Source: Prevotellaceae bacterium
GTDB taxonomy: Bacteria; Bacteroidota; Bacteroidia; Bacteroidales; Bacteroidaceae
Direction: 5' to 3'
Assembly: GCA_030523165.1 (NCBI GenBank)
Contig: JAUNIZ010000001.1
Location: forward strand, 1 to 44,549
Length of the DNA stretch: 44,549 bases
Positions 18,696 through 28,511 of this stretch are shown piece by piece (within the stretch, counting starts at the first letter, position 1; each line of letters starts with the position of its first letter). The position numbers and the translations under genes were made by a program. Below the pieces are notes generated by a model. It saw nothing but the letters and a program-made list of their open reading frames with translations, had not been told where the DNA came from and did no database searches.

Positions 18696-20047
18696 AAAAG
18701 ACATTATTTATTTTAAGAGCAATAATAATATCACTGCTGCTATCAACACAGATTGTTTCTGCAAACGCACAGGTTGAAGGAGACAAGGTTCTCATATATT
18801 ATAAGAACGGAACTACGGTTGACGAATATTCATGCACAGACATTATAAAGATCGCGAATGACCTTAACAACCTTACTGTATATTCAAAAACGTTTGGAGA
18901 AGATATACCTTTAGAGACTCCCATAAGCGAAGTAGACAGAGTTGTTTTCAAGTTCATGAACGATGAATATATCGATGTGGATATAGATGATATAAAACTA
19001 GCAGACGCAAATGCTTCTGACGCAACGAAAATACTATATGCCTACATGAAATATTATTATGGCAAGAAAATAATCTCCTCGACCACATCACACGTGAACT
19101 GGAACACTGATTGCGCTGAAAGCGTAAAAAATGTAACAGGAAAATATCCTGCTATAACCTGTTATGATTTCATTCACATTCCGTTTGACGGCACATGGAT
19201 AAATTATAGCGACATAACTCCTGTAACAAATTGGGCAGACAAAGGTGGTGTTGTTTCGCTTATGTGGCACTTCAATGTTCCTATGACAGAAGAAGCCTTT
19301 GACACAAAAGATTACACAAGCATAACTTATGACCCAGAACAGACAACATGGAATATGAACAACATCTATGTTGAGGGAACATGGGAAAACAGCTGGTTCT
19401 ATGAACAGATGGATAAAGTATGCGAAATTATATTGAAACTCCAAGATGCAGGAATTGTTGCCTTATGGCGTCCATTCCATGAGGCAAGCGGAAACATGCT
19501 AAACACTCAAGGATGGCCTAAGAAAGCGTGGTTTTGGTGGGGCAACGAAGGTGGTGAAGCATATATAAAGCTATGGAAAACCATGAAGACCTATTTCGAA
19601 AGCAAAGGCATTCACAATCTTATATGGATATGGACAGGTACAGCAGCGACATCTACGTCAGAAGCTGATACATCATATTACCCGGGAGACGACTTTGTCG
19701 ACATTATTGGATGCGACTGTTACGGTTTCTCTGCAACTGAACTTAAAGCTCAATACGACGGATTATCTTCTCTGTATCCTCAGAAGATGATTACTCTTGC
19801 AGAATGTGGAAACCTGACAGAAACGAATGGTTCTACGACAACTATAACCGAGAGCATGTCAACAATCAGTGAAATGTGGAATACAGGAGCCAAGTTCCTA
19901 TATTTCATGCCATGGTCTGACTATAATTATCAAGAAGGAAACTCAACGGTCAATCACATGTTCCCAGACGAATACTGGAAAGATGCTATGAACATGGATG
20001 ACATTATCAATATGGATAACTGGCGTAAAAATGAGAATCAAGAATAA
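18692..20047 (+). CDS. GH26 endo-beta-mannanase (Man26B-like) with extra N-terminal ~60-aa domain
   Basis: TGKYPA, LMWHF, WRPFHEA (acid/base), WFWWG, YYPGDDFVDIIG, LAECG (nucleophile); SPI signal (ANA|Q); ATGA overlap with the upstream gene. Confidence 0.9.
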   Translation: MKKTLFILRAIIISLLLSTQIVSANAQVEGDKVLIYYKNGTTVDEYSCTDIIKIANDLNNLTVYSKTFGEDIPLETPISEVDRVVFKFMNDEYIDVDIDDIKLADANASDATKILYAYMKYYYGKKIISSTTSHVNWNTDCAESVKNVTGKYPAITCYDFIHIPFDGTWINYSDITPVTNWADKGGVVSLMWHFNVPMTEEAFDTKDYTSITYDPEQTTWNMNNIYVEGTWENSWFYEQMDKVCEIILKLQDAGIVALWRPFHEASGNMLNTQGWPKKAWFWWGNEGGEAYIKLWKTMKTYFESKGIHNLIWIWTGTAATSTSEADTSYYPGDDFVDIIGCDCYGFSATELKAQYDGLSSLYPQKMITLAECGNLTETNGSTTTITESMSTISEMWNTGAKFLYFMPWSDYNYQEGNSTVNHMFPDEYWKDAMNMDDIINMDNWRKNENQE

Positions 20048-21122
20048 ATTTCACATCGTAATGTTGATAGTCTTTGCGGCATTGGTGGCAACATCGTGTC
20101 GCAAAGACAAAAACTCCTATGACGAGATTGGAGAGAGCGGACTAACGCTACGCACAGAGAATCTTCGTGCAAACCTATTGCCATACGAAGACAAAGGCGT
20201 AATGCTAGGACAAATGTATGGAACAACAGAAGGCATAGGATGGACAGGTGATTCAGCACGAAGTGATCTTTATGAGATTAGCGGAGACATGCCTGCATGC
20301 ATAGGCTTTGAGTTAGCCGGCATAGAAAAAGGAAATACTATTAATGCTGATTCCATCAGTTTTAAGCTAATTAAGCGCGATATTATAAGCTATTTCCAAC
20401 GTCAAGGTCTTGTTGTTCTATATTGGACAGCACCAGATCCAGGCAAGAATCCGCTTGAAAATGGGTCTAAAGCTAATACTACCTTACACGAATGGACAAA
20501 AAAAACGGCAGAATACATAGGAACTCTACAAAATGCTTATGGAATAAAAGTACCCATAGTGTTAGCTCTATATCCGCTTGACAGTCAGTCATGGTATTCA
20601 AATATTTCAGCAGACGACTATAAGAAGCTATACACTATGACCGCAGAATGGATGAAAGATGAAGGGGAACTGACTAATGCAATATTCGCTTTCAGCAATA
20701 ATGATATTGATACTGATGCAGAAGAGTTCATGAATCGTTGTCCGATAGAAATAATTGACGTAGTACAATTGACATATATGCCTGACAAATATGAGGAATA
20801 TGGAACCAGACTATTACATCAAGCAAGGCGAATAGCAGATATTAGCCTTGCTAAGATGAAGGCTTTCGGAATAAAAACAGGTGTAAAGGCTATGGGAAAT
20901 GATCCTGAATTTTGGACTAAAAATATTGTTCCTGTGATAGAGAATTGTCGTATGAGCTATATGCTATTAGGACGTAACCACGGCGATTTTAAGAATGGTG
21001 ACTTTTGTGTTCCATATCCAGGTTCAGAATCTGTATCCGATTTCATGAAATTATATAATAATCCACGTCTGCTTATGATGAACAAGGTTAACGGACTATT
21101 GGTAAATCATTACAAAAAATAA
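20031..21122 (+). CDS. GH26-fold lipoprotein lacking both catalytic glutamates (putative pseudo-enzyme)
   Basis: Aligns by eye with 24745-25815 (KGVMLG, RSD...G..PA..GF.L..IE), but IFRPWHEM becomes VLALYPLD and ALTETG becomes GIKTG; lipobox VATSC; start moved to ATG 20031. Confidence 0.75.
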   Translation: MRIKNKFHIVMLIVFAALVATSCRKDKNSYDEIGESGLTLRTENLRANLLPYEDKGVMLGQMYGTTEGIGWTGDSARSDLYEISGDMPACIGFELAGIEKGNTINADSISFKLIKRDIISYFQRQGLVVLYWTAPDPGKNPLENGSKANTTLHEWTKKTAEYIGTLQNAYGIKVPIVLALYPLDSQSWYSNISADDYKKLYTMTAEWMKDEGELTNAIFAFSNNDIDTDAEEFMNRCPIEIIDVVQLTYMPDKYEEYGTRLLHQARRIADISLAKMKAFGIKTGVKAMGNDPEFWTKNIVPVIENCRMSYMLLGRNHGDFKNGDFCVPYPGSESVSDFMKLYNNPRLLMMNKVNGLLVNHYKK

Positions 21123-21130
21123 TTAGAAAT

Positions 21131-22420
21131 ATGAGAAAGTTTGCTATATTATTACTATCTTTGGCATTGTATTGTAACATTGAATTAAATGCACAGATTA
21201 GAGGCAACAATATTGTTGTAACAGTCACTCCTGACCATAAGGACTGGAATTACAAGACTGGAGAAACAGCAACATTTAAAGTTTGTGTTCTGAAATCTGG
21301 CACTCTGATAGACGATATAAAGGTTGATTATGAAGCAGGTCCAGAGATGTATCCTGAGATAAAGAAAGAAAATGTTACTCTGAAAGACGGTACCATGACA
21401 TTTAAGGGAAGCATGAAGAAACCAGGTTTCTATAGATTAAAGGTTAAAGCCCACGTTGGCGGTAAAGATTATGAAGGGTTGTGTACAGCAGCTTTTTCTC
21501 CTGAAAAACTTATACCAACAACGGAGGATCCTGAAGACTTTGATGAATTCTGGGCTAATTCCCTTAAAGAAGCTCGATATACACAACTAGAGCCGACGAA
21601 AGAACTTCTTCCTGAACGTTGCACCAAGGATGTAAATGTGTATCAAGTAAGCTTTCACAACGTACGATGGGGAAGCAGAACTTATGGTATACTCTGTGTT
21701 CCTGTAAAGCCTGGTAAATACCCTGCATTGCTTAGAGTTCCGGGTTATGGTGTTCGACCATATCAAGGGGATGTGTGGACAGCTGCAAAAGGAGCTATAA
21801 CATTAGAAATAGGAATACATGGAATACCTGTAACAATGCAGCAAGACTTCTATGACAAGCTAGCCAATGGAGCATTATGGAACTACTGCAACTATAATAT
21901 GGACAATCGCGATGAATCGTATTATAAACGGGTTTTCATCGGTGCTGTTCGTGCAATTGATTATATAGCAAGCCTTGATGAATGGAATGGCAAAGACCTA
22001 GGCGTAACAGGAAGCAGTCAAGGAGGTATGCTTTCATTAGTATGTGCTGCTTTAGATAGCAGAGTTACATTTTATGGAGCCGTTCATGCCGCTTTATGTG
22101 ACCATACAGCCTCTCTAAAAGGCATCGCATGTGGATGGCCTCACTATTTCTATTATGACGTAAAGAATGCAGATCCAAAGAAAATAAATACATCTAGATA
22201 TTATGACGGTGTTAATTTCGCAAAGAGAATAAAATGCAAAGGTTGGTTTTCTTTTGGATATAATGATGATGTAGTACCGCCAACTACCGCTTATGCAACA
22301 TATAACATAGTAACTGCACCCAAAGAACTTCATCCATATCAGATGACAGGCCATTACTGGTATCAAGAGCAATGGGATGAATGGGAAGCATGGCTTCATT
22401 CTCAAATGGGATTAAAATAA
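21131..22420 (+). CDS. CE7-type acetyl esterase (probable mannan deacetylase) with N-terminal Ig-like domain
   Basis: PEDFDEFW, GSSQGG nucleophile elbow, D(VVPP) and GH triad positions; signal peptide; PUL context. Confidence 0.85.
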   Translation: MRKFAILLLSLALYCNIELNAQIRGNNIVVTVTPDHKDWNYKTGETATFKVCVLKSGTLIDDIKVDYEAGPEMYPEIKKENVTLKDGTMTFKGSMKKPGFYRLKVKAHVGGKDYEGLCTAAFSPEKLIPTTEDPEDFDEFWANSLKEARYTQLEPTKELLPERCTKDVNVYQVSFHNVRWGSRTYGILCVPVKPGKYPALLRVPGYGVRPYQGDVWTAAKGAITLEIGIHGIPVTMQQDFYDKLANGALWNYCNYNMDNRDESYYKRVFIGAVRAIDYIASLDEWNGKDLGVTGSSQGGMLSLVCAALDSRVTFYGAVHAALCDHTASLKGIACGWPHYFYYDVKNADPKKINTSRYYDGVNFAKRIKCKGWFSFGYNDDVVPPTTAYATYNIVTAPKELHPYQMTGHYWYQEQWDEWEAWLHSQMGLK

Positions 22421-22431
22421 AAATTGAATAT

Positions 22432-24738
22432 ATGAAAACATTACTAACATTGGCCATTATGACACTCGTAAGCGTAAATATGTCTGCCAAAGATAACAAT
22501 AAGCCTCTGTATAAAAACCCTAAAGCCCCTATTGAGGAAAGGGTCAATGACTTGCTTAGTCGCATGTCATTAGAGGAAAAGGTTGGACAGATGAATCAGC
22601 TGGTGGGTTTGGAACACATGCGTTCAAACAAAGAAATGACACTTGAACAACTTGCCACAAACACAGCCAATGCATTCTATCCTGGCTGGACATATGAACA
22701 GATTGAGGAAATGACACGTAAGGGACTTGTATCTTCTTTCCTGCATGTATTGACATTGGAAGAAGCCAACAACTTACAGAAACTTAACATGGAAAGCCGT
22801 TTGCAAATACCTCTGCTTATTGGTATTGACGCAATACATGGAAACGCAAAATGCCAAAACAACACTGTCTATCCTACAAATATAGGACTTGCATGTTCTT
22901 TTGATGTAGACATGGCATATAAGATAGCACGTCAGACTGCAGCAGAAATGCGTGCAATGAATATGCATTGGACATTTAACCCTAACGTTGAAGTTGCACG
23001 CGATGCACGTTGGGGACGCTGTGGCGAAACATTTGGAGAGGATCCTTATTTAGTTACACTACTTGGTAAAGCTACAACACGCGGTTATCAAGGCAATCTT
23101 GATTCAAAGAATGACGTACTTGCCTGTGTTAAGCATTTCGTTGGAGGCTCCTATTCAATCAATGGAACTAACGGTGCACCATGTGACATATCTGAACGTA
23201 CACTTCGTGAAGTATTCTTTCCTCCATTTGAAGCATCTGTAAAGGCTGGTGGCTCTACCGTAATGATGTCACATAATGAATTAAACGGTATACCATGTCA
23301 TACCAACGAGTGGCTAATGAATGGTATTTTACGCGACGAATGGGGATTTAAAGGTTTCGTTGTCAGCGACTGGATGGATATAGAACATTGCGTTGACCAA
23401 CATAGAACAGCACGTAACAACAAGGAAGCATTCCTGCAAAGTATAGAAGCAGGTATGGACATGCACATGCATGGACCAGAATGGCAAGATGCTGTCGTTG
23501 AATTGGTAAAGGAAGGAAAGATTTCTGAAAAACGAATAAATGAATCTGTAAAGAGAATTCTATATACAAAATTCCAGTTAGGCTTATTTGAGGAACCGTA
23601 TGGAAATGAAAAAAATAGAGATAAAGTTATCAATAACCCTGAACATAAGGCTACTGCAATTGAAGCCACACGCAATTCTATTGTACTTTTAAAGAACGAA
23701 AACTCATTATTACCTATCAATTCTTCAAAATATAAGAAGGTTCTGGTTACTGGTATAAACGCCAATGACCAAAACATAATGGGTGATTGGAGTGAACTAC
23801 AACCTGAAGATAAAGTCTCAACTGTGCTAAAGGGATTACGCCAAATATCACCAGAAACAGATTTCCTGTTTGTAGATCAAGGCTGGGATCCACGCAACAT
23901 GTCACAGGAAAAGGTTGACGAAGCTGTTGAAAAGGCTAAAGAATGTGACTTAAATATAGTTTGTTGTGGTGAATACATGATGCGCTTCCGTTGGAACGAT
24001 AGGACAAGCGGTGAAGACACTGACCGAGACAATCTTAATCTTGTAGGCTTACAAGAGGAACTCATAAAGAAGATTAATGAAACAGGCAAACCTACTATAT
24101 TAATAATAATCAGTGGCAGACCATTAAGTGTAAACTATGCCGCAGAAAATGTTCCTGCAATTGTAAACGCATGGGAACCTGGACAATTTGGAGGACAAGC
24201 TATTGCAGAGATACTTTACGGTAAAGTTAACCCGTCTGCAAAGCTCGCAATAACGATACCAAGAAGCTCAGGACAGATCTCAACATGGTATAATCATAAA
24301 ACTTCTGCATATTTTCATCCAGTTGTTTGCGGCGAGAGTAGTCCTTTATATCCATTCGGTTATGGACTTAGCTATACTAACTATAAATATAGCGATATCA
24401 AACTCTCAGCCAACAATATTGATCAAAACGAGAATATAACAGCTACAATAACAGTAACAAACACTGGTAACTATGATGGTGTGGAGATAGTACAACTATA
24501 TATACGCGATGAATTCTCTAGCGTGGCACGCCCTGTAAAGGAATTAAAAGATTTCAAGAGAGTTTCGTTGAAAGCAGGAGAAAGTAAACAAATAAGCTTT
24601 GATATAACTCCAGACAAACTTAGTTATTATGACAAAGATTTAAAAAAGATTATTGAATCAGGTGACTTTGAGGTACAAATAGGTTCAAGCAGCCTTGATA
24701 AAGACCTTTTGAAAGCTAAGTTCACCGTTAAAGACTAA
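22432..24738 (+). CDS. GH3 beta-glucosidase (periplasmic, FnIII C-terminus)
   Basis: DAIHG, RWGRCGETFGEDP, KHF, VVSDW, YPFGYGLSY, ELKDFKRV; start moved to MKTLL at 22432. Confidence 0.93.
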   Translation: MKTLLTLAIMTLVSVNMSAKDNNKPLYKNPKAPIEERVNDLLSRMSLEEKVGQMNQLVGLEHMRSNKEMTLEQLATNTANAFYPGWTYEQIEEMTRKGLVSSFLHVLTLEEANNLQKLNMESRLQIPLLIGIDAIHGNAKCQNNTVYPTNIGLACSFDVDMAYKIARQTAAEMRAMNMHWTFNPNVEVARDARWGRCGETFGEDPYLVTLLGKATTRGYQGNLDSKNDVLACVKHFVGGSYSINGTNGAPCDISERTLREVFFPPFEASVKAGGSTVMMSHNELNGIPCHTNEWLMNGILRDEWGFKGFVVSDWMDIEHCVDQHRTARNNKEAFLQSIEAGMDMHMHGPEWQDAVVELVKEGKISEKRINESVKRILYTKFQLGLFEEPYGNEKNRDKVINNPEHKATAIEATRNSIVLLKNENSLLPINSSKYKKVLVTGINANDQNIMGDWSELQPEDKVSTVLKGLRQISPETDFLFVDQGWDPRNMSQEKVDEAVEKAKECDLNIVCCGEYMMRFRWNDRTSGEDTDRDNLNLVGLQEELIKKINETGKPTILIIISGRPLSVNYAAENVPAIVNAWEPGQFGGQAIAEILYGKVNPSAKLAITIPRSSGQISTWYNHKTSAYFHPVVCGESSPLYPFGYGLSYTNYKYSDIKLSANNIDQNENITATITVTNTGNYDGVEIVQLYIRDEFSSVARPVKELKDFKRVSLKAGESKQISFDITPDKLSYYDKDLKKIIESGDFEVQIGSSSLDKDLLKAKFTVKD

Positions 24739-24744
24739 CTGTAT

Positions 24745-25815
24745 ATGAAAAATATCTTATTATCACTAATAATGGTTGCCATATCAATGTCAGCTACCGC
24801 AGCAGATAAAGCGCCATCACAACAATTAATAAAACGCCTTTTAAAGTTACAAAAGAAAGGTGTAATGATAGGTCATCAAGATGACCCTGTTTATGGCACT
24901 TCATGGCATTTTGAACGTAACAGAAGCGATGTAAAAGAAGTTTGTGGTGTCTATCCTGCCGTATTTGGTTTTGATTTAGGTAAAATAGAACTTGAATCAT
25001 CAACAAATATTGACGGTGTACCATTTGACAGAATGCGTGAAGAAATCATTGAACACCACATGAGAGGAGGAATAATAACATTAAGTTGGCATGCATGGAA
25101 TCCTGTTACAGGAGAAAATTCATGGGATGCTAGTGGCAATGCTGTATCCCAAATACTTCCTAAAAGTAGCCTCAACAACAAATTCAACAAATGGCTCAAC
25201 TCTGTGGCTTTATTTATAAAGTCGCTTAAAACACCAAAAGGTAAAGCTATACCTGTAATTTTCCGTCCATGGCATGAGATGAGCGGTAGTTGGTTCTGGT
25301 GGGGAAGCAAGAGTTGTACACCTGAAGAATATAAGAATCTATACAAATACACCTATAATTATATGCAGTCTCAAGGTTGTACAAATATTGTATGGGCATA
25401 TTCCCCAAATCTTTGTGATAATGATGAAACAGAAGAAAACTATCTGAAATATTATCCTGGAAATGATTATATTGATCTGATTGGTATTGATGTCTATCAG
25501 TTTTCAGCAGACAATACTGTATATCAGGCAAACATACGCAAAGAATTAAACGTAGTTAAGTCTGTCGGTCAACGCTTAAATAAAATAATAGCATTGACAG
25601 AAACCGGCTACCAAAACACACCTGATTCAACATGGTATACTAAATGTCTGCTACCTTTAATTAAAGAATATCCTATCAGCTATGTACTGCTTTGGAGAAA
25701 TGCATGGAATGATCCTAAAGAAAACTACATTGCAGCTCCAGGGAAAGCGACTGAAAAAGATTTTGTTGAATTCTATAAAGATAAAACAACATTATTCCTT
25801 AATGATATAAAATAA
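24745..25815 (+). CDS. GH26 beta-mannanase (Man26A/ManA-like)
   Basis: GHQDD, LSWH, IFRPWHEM, WFWWG, YYPG, ALTETG, WRN. Confidence 0.93.
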   Translation: MKNILLSLIMVAISMSATAADKAPSQQLIKRLLKLQKKGVMIGHQDDPVYGTSWHFERNRSDVKEVCGVYPAVFGFDLGKIELESSTNIDGVPFDRMREEIIEHHMRGGIITLSWHAWNPVTGENSWDASGNAVSQILPKSSLNNKFNKWLNSVALFIKSLKTPKGKAIPVIFRPWHEMSGSWFWWGSKSCTPEEYKNLYKYTYNYMQSQGCTNIVWAYSPNLCDNDETEENYLKYYPGNDYIDLIGIDVYQFSADNTVYQANIRKELNVVKSVGQRLNKIIALTETGYQNTPDSTWYTKCLLPLIKEYPISYVLLWRNAWNDPKENYIAAPGKATEKDFVEFYKDKTTLFLNDIK

Positions 25816-25855
25816 AAATAGATCTACATAATATAATCCATAAAACCCAATAATT

Positions 25856-27025
25856 ATGAATGATTTTGAGAAGCAAGTAGAGACTTTAAAGAAGCGACAT
25901 GAAGAACTTCTGACAAAGAAAAATATTCCTATAGCATTTGGAAACGGCATATATACCAAGTATGAGAATCCTATTCTGACAGCAGAACATACACCTCTTG
26001 AATGGCGTTACGATTTCTGCGAGAAGGATAATCCATATCTTATGCAACGTATAATAATGAACGCGGCCCTCAATTCTGGTGCAATAAAACTCAATGATAA
26101 ATATCTTATAATAGTTCGCGTAGAAGGAGCAGACCGAAAGAGTTTCTTTGCTGTAGCAGAAAGTCCAAACGGCATAGATAATTTTCGCTTCTGGAAAGAA
26201 CCAATAACAATGCCTGACGATATTATTCCTGCTACAAACATATACGACATGCGTATCACTGCACATGAAGACGGATGGATTTATGGAGTATTCTGCGCAG
26301 AACGACATGACGATAATTATCCTTCAGATTTATCTGCTGCGACTGCTACAGCTGCAATAGCCCGTACACATGATCTGAAAACATGGGAACGTCTACCTGA
26401 TTTGAAGGCAAAAAGCCAACAGAGAAATGTTGTTCTACACCCAGAATTTGTCAATGGTAAATATGCATTTTATACACGTCCACAAGACGGATTCATAGAT
26501 ACTGGTTCAGGAGGAGGAATTGGATGGGCATTGATTGATGACATTACCAATGCTGAAATCAAAGAAGAAAAAATAATAAATCTTCGCCACTACCATACAA
26601 TTATGGAAGTAAAGAACGGAGAAGGTCCACATCCGATTAAGACTCCTAAAGGATGGTTACATCTAGCACATGGAGTAAGGGGCTGTGCTTCTGGTCTTAG
26701 GTATGTACTATATATGTATATGACTGCGCTTGACGATCCTACAAAAGTTATTGCAAAGCCTGGAGGCTATTTCATTGTACCTGAAGGATGGGAATATATT
26801 GGAGACGTTATGAATGTTGTGTTCTCTAACGGCTGGATAGCTGATGATGATGGAACCGTATATATCTACTATGCAAGTTGTGATACTCGCATGCATGTTG
26901 CAACGTCAACCATAGACAAACTGATTGATTACTGTATGAATACGCCTGAAGACGGATTCACGACTTCTGCAAGTGTTGAAACAATAAAGAAACTCATTGC
27001 CAAAAACAAAATATCGCAATACTAA
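25856..27025 (+). CDS. mgp: GH130 4-O-beta-D-mannosyl-D-glucose phosphorylase
   Basis: RVEGADRKSFF, YDMRITAHEDGWIYG, QQRNVVLHPE, TRPQDGFI, HGVR; no signal peptide; GH26-GH130-transporter-epimerase gene order. Confidence 0.9.
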   Translation: MNDFEKQVETLKKRHEELLTKKNIPIAFGNGIYTKYENPILTAEHTPLEWRYDFCEKDNPYLMQRIIMNAALNSGAIKLNDKYLIIVRVEGADRKSFFAVAESPNGIDNFRFWKEPITMPDDIIPATNIYDMRITAHEDGWIYGVFCAERHDDNYPSDLSAATATAAIARTHDLKTWERLPDLKAKSQQRNVVLHPEFVNGKYAFYTRPQDGFIDTGSGGGIGWALIDDITNAEIKEEKIINLRHYHTIMEVKNGEGPHPIKTPKGWLHLAHGVRGCASGLRYVLYMYMTALDDPTKVIAKPGGYFIVPEGWEYIGDVMNVVFSNGWIADDDGTVYIYYASCDTRMHVATSTIDKLIDYCMNTPEDGFTTSASVETIKKLIAKNKISQY

Positions 27026-27037
27026 TATTACACAAAC

Positions 27038-28441
27038 ATGATAAAGCTATCAGAAAAAATAGGCTATGGTCTCGGCGATATGTCTTCGTCAATGTTCTGG
27101 AAAATATTCGGAGCATATCTTATGATTTTCTATACCGATGTATTCGGTATATCTGCACTATTGGTCGGAACCATGTTTGCCGTAACACGTGTTTGGGACT
27201 CATTGTTTGATCCTATTGTTGGCATCATAGCAGACAGAACGGAAAGCCGCTGGGGTAAGTTCCGTCCTTTCCTTCTGTATCTTGCTTTACCGTTTGCATT
27301 CATAGGAATACTAACATTCCTTACACCACCATTCGGAGCTACCGCAAAACTTATATACGCATACATCACATATACTCTTATGATGATGGTATACAGTGCC
27401 ATAAACGTTCCCTATGCTTCATTATTGGGAGTAATGAGTCCTAATCCTTCTGACCGCAACACATTGGCTACATACAGAATGACATTCGCATATATTGGAA
27501 GCTTCATTGCTTTATTGCTATTTATGCCATTCGTGAAAGTCTTTGGCGGTGACCGCTCGGAAGAAATAATGGTAGGATGGATGACTGCTCCACAATTCGG
27601 ATGGTTTATGACCGTTCTTGTCATGGCAATAGTATGTGCACTATTATTCTTCGGATGTTTTTATCTTACACGTGAAAGAGTAAGACCAGTAAAAGAAAAG
27701 AAAACCCCACTGAAGACTGATATTAAAGACTTACTCCATAATCGCCCTTGGTGGATTCTTCTCGGAGCAGGAGTGGCATCATTGGTATTTAACTCTATTA
27801 GAGACGGTGCAACGGTTTACTATTTTAAATATTACGTTGATGAAACTTCATTTGGCGATATAAAGTTTCTTGGCATTCCATTCGTGCTAAGTGGACTATA
27901 CCTTGCGGTAGGACAAGCTGCAAACATAATAGGGGTATTGTTGGCTGCTCCTGTAAGCAACAAGATAGGAAAGCGCAAAACTTTCATGTGTGCAATGATA
28001 ATAGCAACGGTTTTAAGCGTAATATTCTTTTTCTTCGATAAGGACATGCTTACCCTTATCTTTGTATTCCAATTACTCATTAGCATTTGTGCCGGAAGTA
28101 TATTCCCTTTGTTATGGAGTATGTATGCAGATTGCGCAGACTACAGCGAACTGAAAACAGGAAACCGTGCTACAGGTCTGATATTCAGTTCTTCGTCAAT
28201 GAGCCAAAAGTTTGGATGGGCAATAGGAACTGCTCTCACTGGCTGGATGCTTGAAGCATTTGGATTTGTAGCTAATGCAGTACAGAATCCTGAAACCATC
28301 AATGGAATAAAGATGTTCCTAAGTATTCTGCCTGCTGCTGGAGCATTATTGAGCTTCATTTTCATTGCATTCTATCCTCTATCGGAAAAAAGAATGAAAG
28401 AAATAAGCCTACAGCTTGAAAACAAAAGACACCAAGAATAA
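27038..28441 (+). CDS. MFS glycoside-pentoside-hexuronide (GPH) sugar:cation symporter
   Basis: EKIGYGLGD, DPIVGIIADRT..RWGKFRP, NVPYASL; many hydrophobic segments. Confidence 0.93.
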   Translation: MIKLSEKIGYGLGDMSSSMFWKIFGAYLMIFYTDVFGISALLVGTMFAVTRVWDSLFDPIVGIIADRTESRWGKFRPFLLYLALPFAFIGILTFLTPPFGATAKLIYAYITYTLMMMVYSAINVPYASLLGVMSPNPSDRNTLATYRMTFAYIGSFIALLLFMPFVKVFGGDRSEEIMVGWMTAPQFGWFMTVLVMAIVCALLFFGCFYLTRERVRPVKEKKTPLKTDIKDLLHNRPWWILLGAGVASLVFNSIRDGATVYYFKYYVDETSFGDIKFLGIPFVLSGLYLAVGQAANIIGVLLAAPVSNKIGKRKTFMCAMIIATVLSVIFFFFDKDMLTLIFVFQLLISICAGSIFPLLWSMYADCADYSELKTGNRATGLIFSSSSMSQKFGWAIGTALTGWMLEAFGFVANAVQNPETINGIKMFLSILPAAGALLSFIFIAFYPLSEKRMKEISLQLENKRHQE

Positions 28442-28449
28442 TATCAAAA

Positions 28450-28490
28450 GCGAAAGCAGGAAGGTATAAAGAAAATATCTTCCCTTTCGC
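28450..28490 (+). other. Intergenic stem-loop
   Basis: GCGAAAG(CA)GGAAGGTAT...ATATCTTCCCTTTCGC. Confidence 0.55.
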
Positions 28491-28511
28491 ATTTAAATTC
28501 AATATATAGTT

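Noticed and set aside
19998-20030. Longer starts in the ORF track for the dead GH26 (19998), GH3 (22381) and gyrB (38530)
   Set aside because: Downstream ATGs (20031, 22432, 38557) give proper signal peptides or N-termini; the TTG at 38530 lies inside the promoter box.
18231-20047. Mini-CTD gene and GH26 as one frameshifted gene
   Set aside because: Each has its own signal peptide and a CTD must be C-terminal; the ATGA overlap is the standard coupling arrangement.
20031-21122. Dead GH26 as a pseudogene
   Set aside because: Open frame over the full barrel length, intact lipoprotein signal and tight coupling to both neighbours; changes concentrate at active-site motifs.
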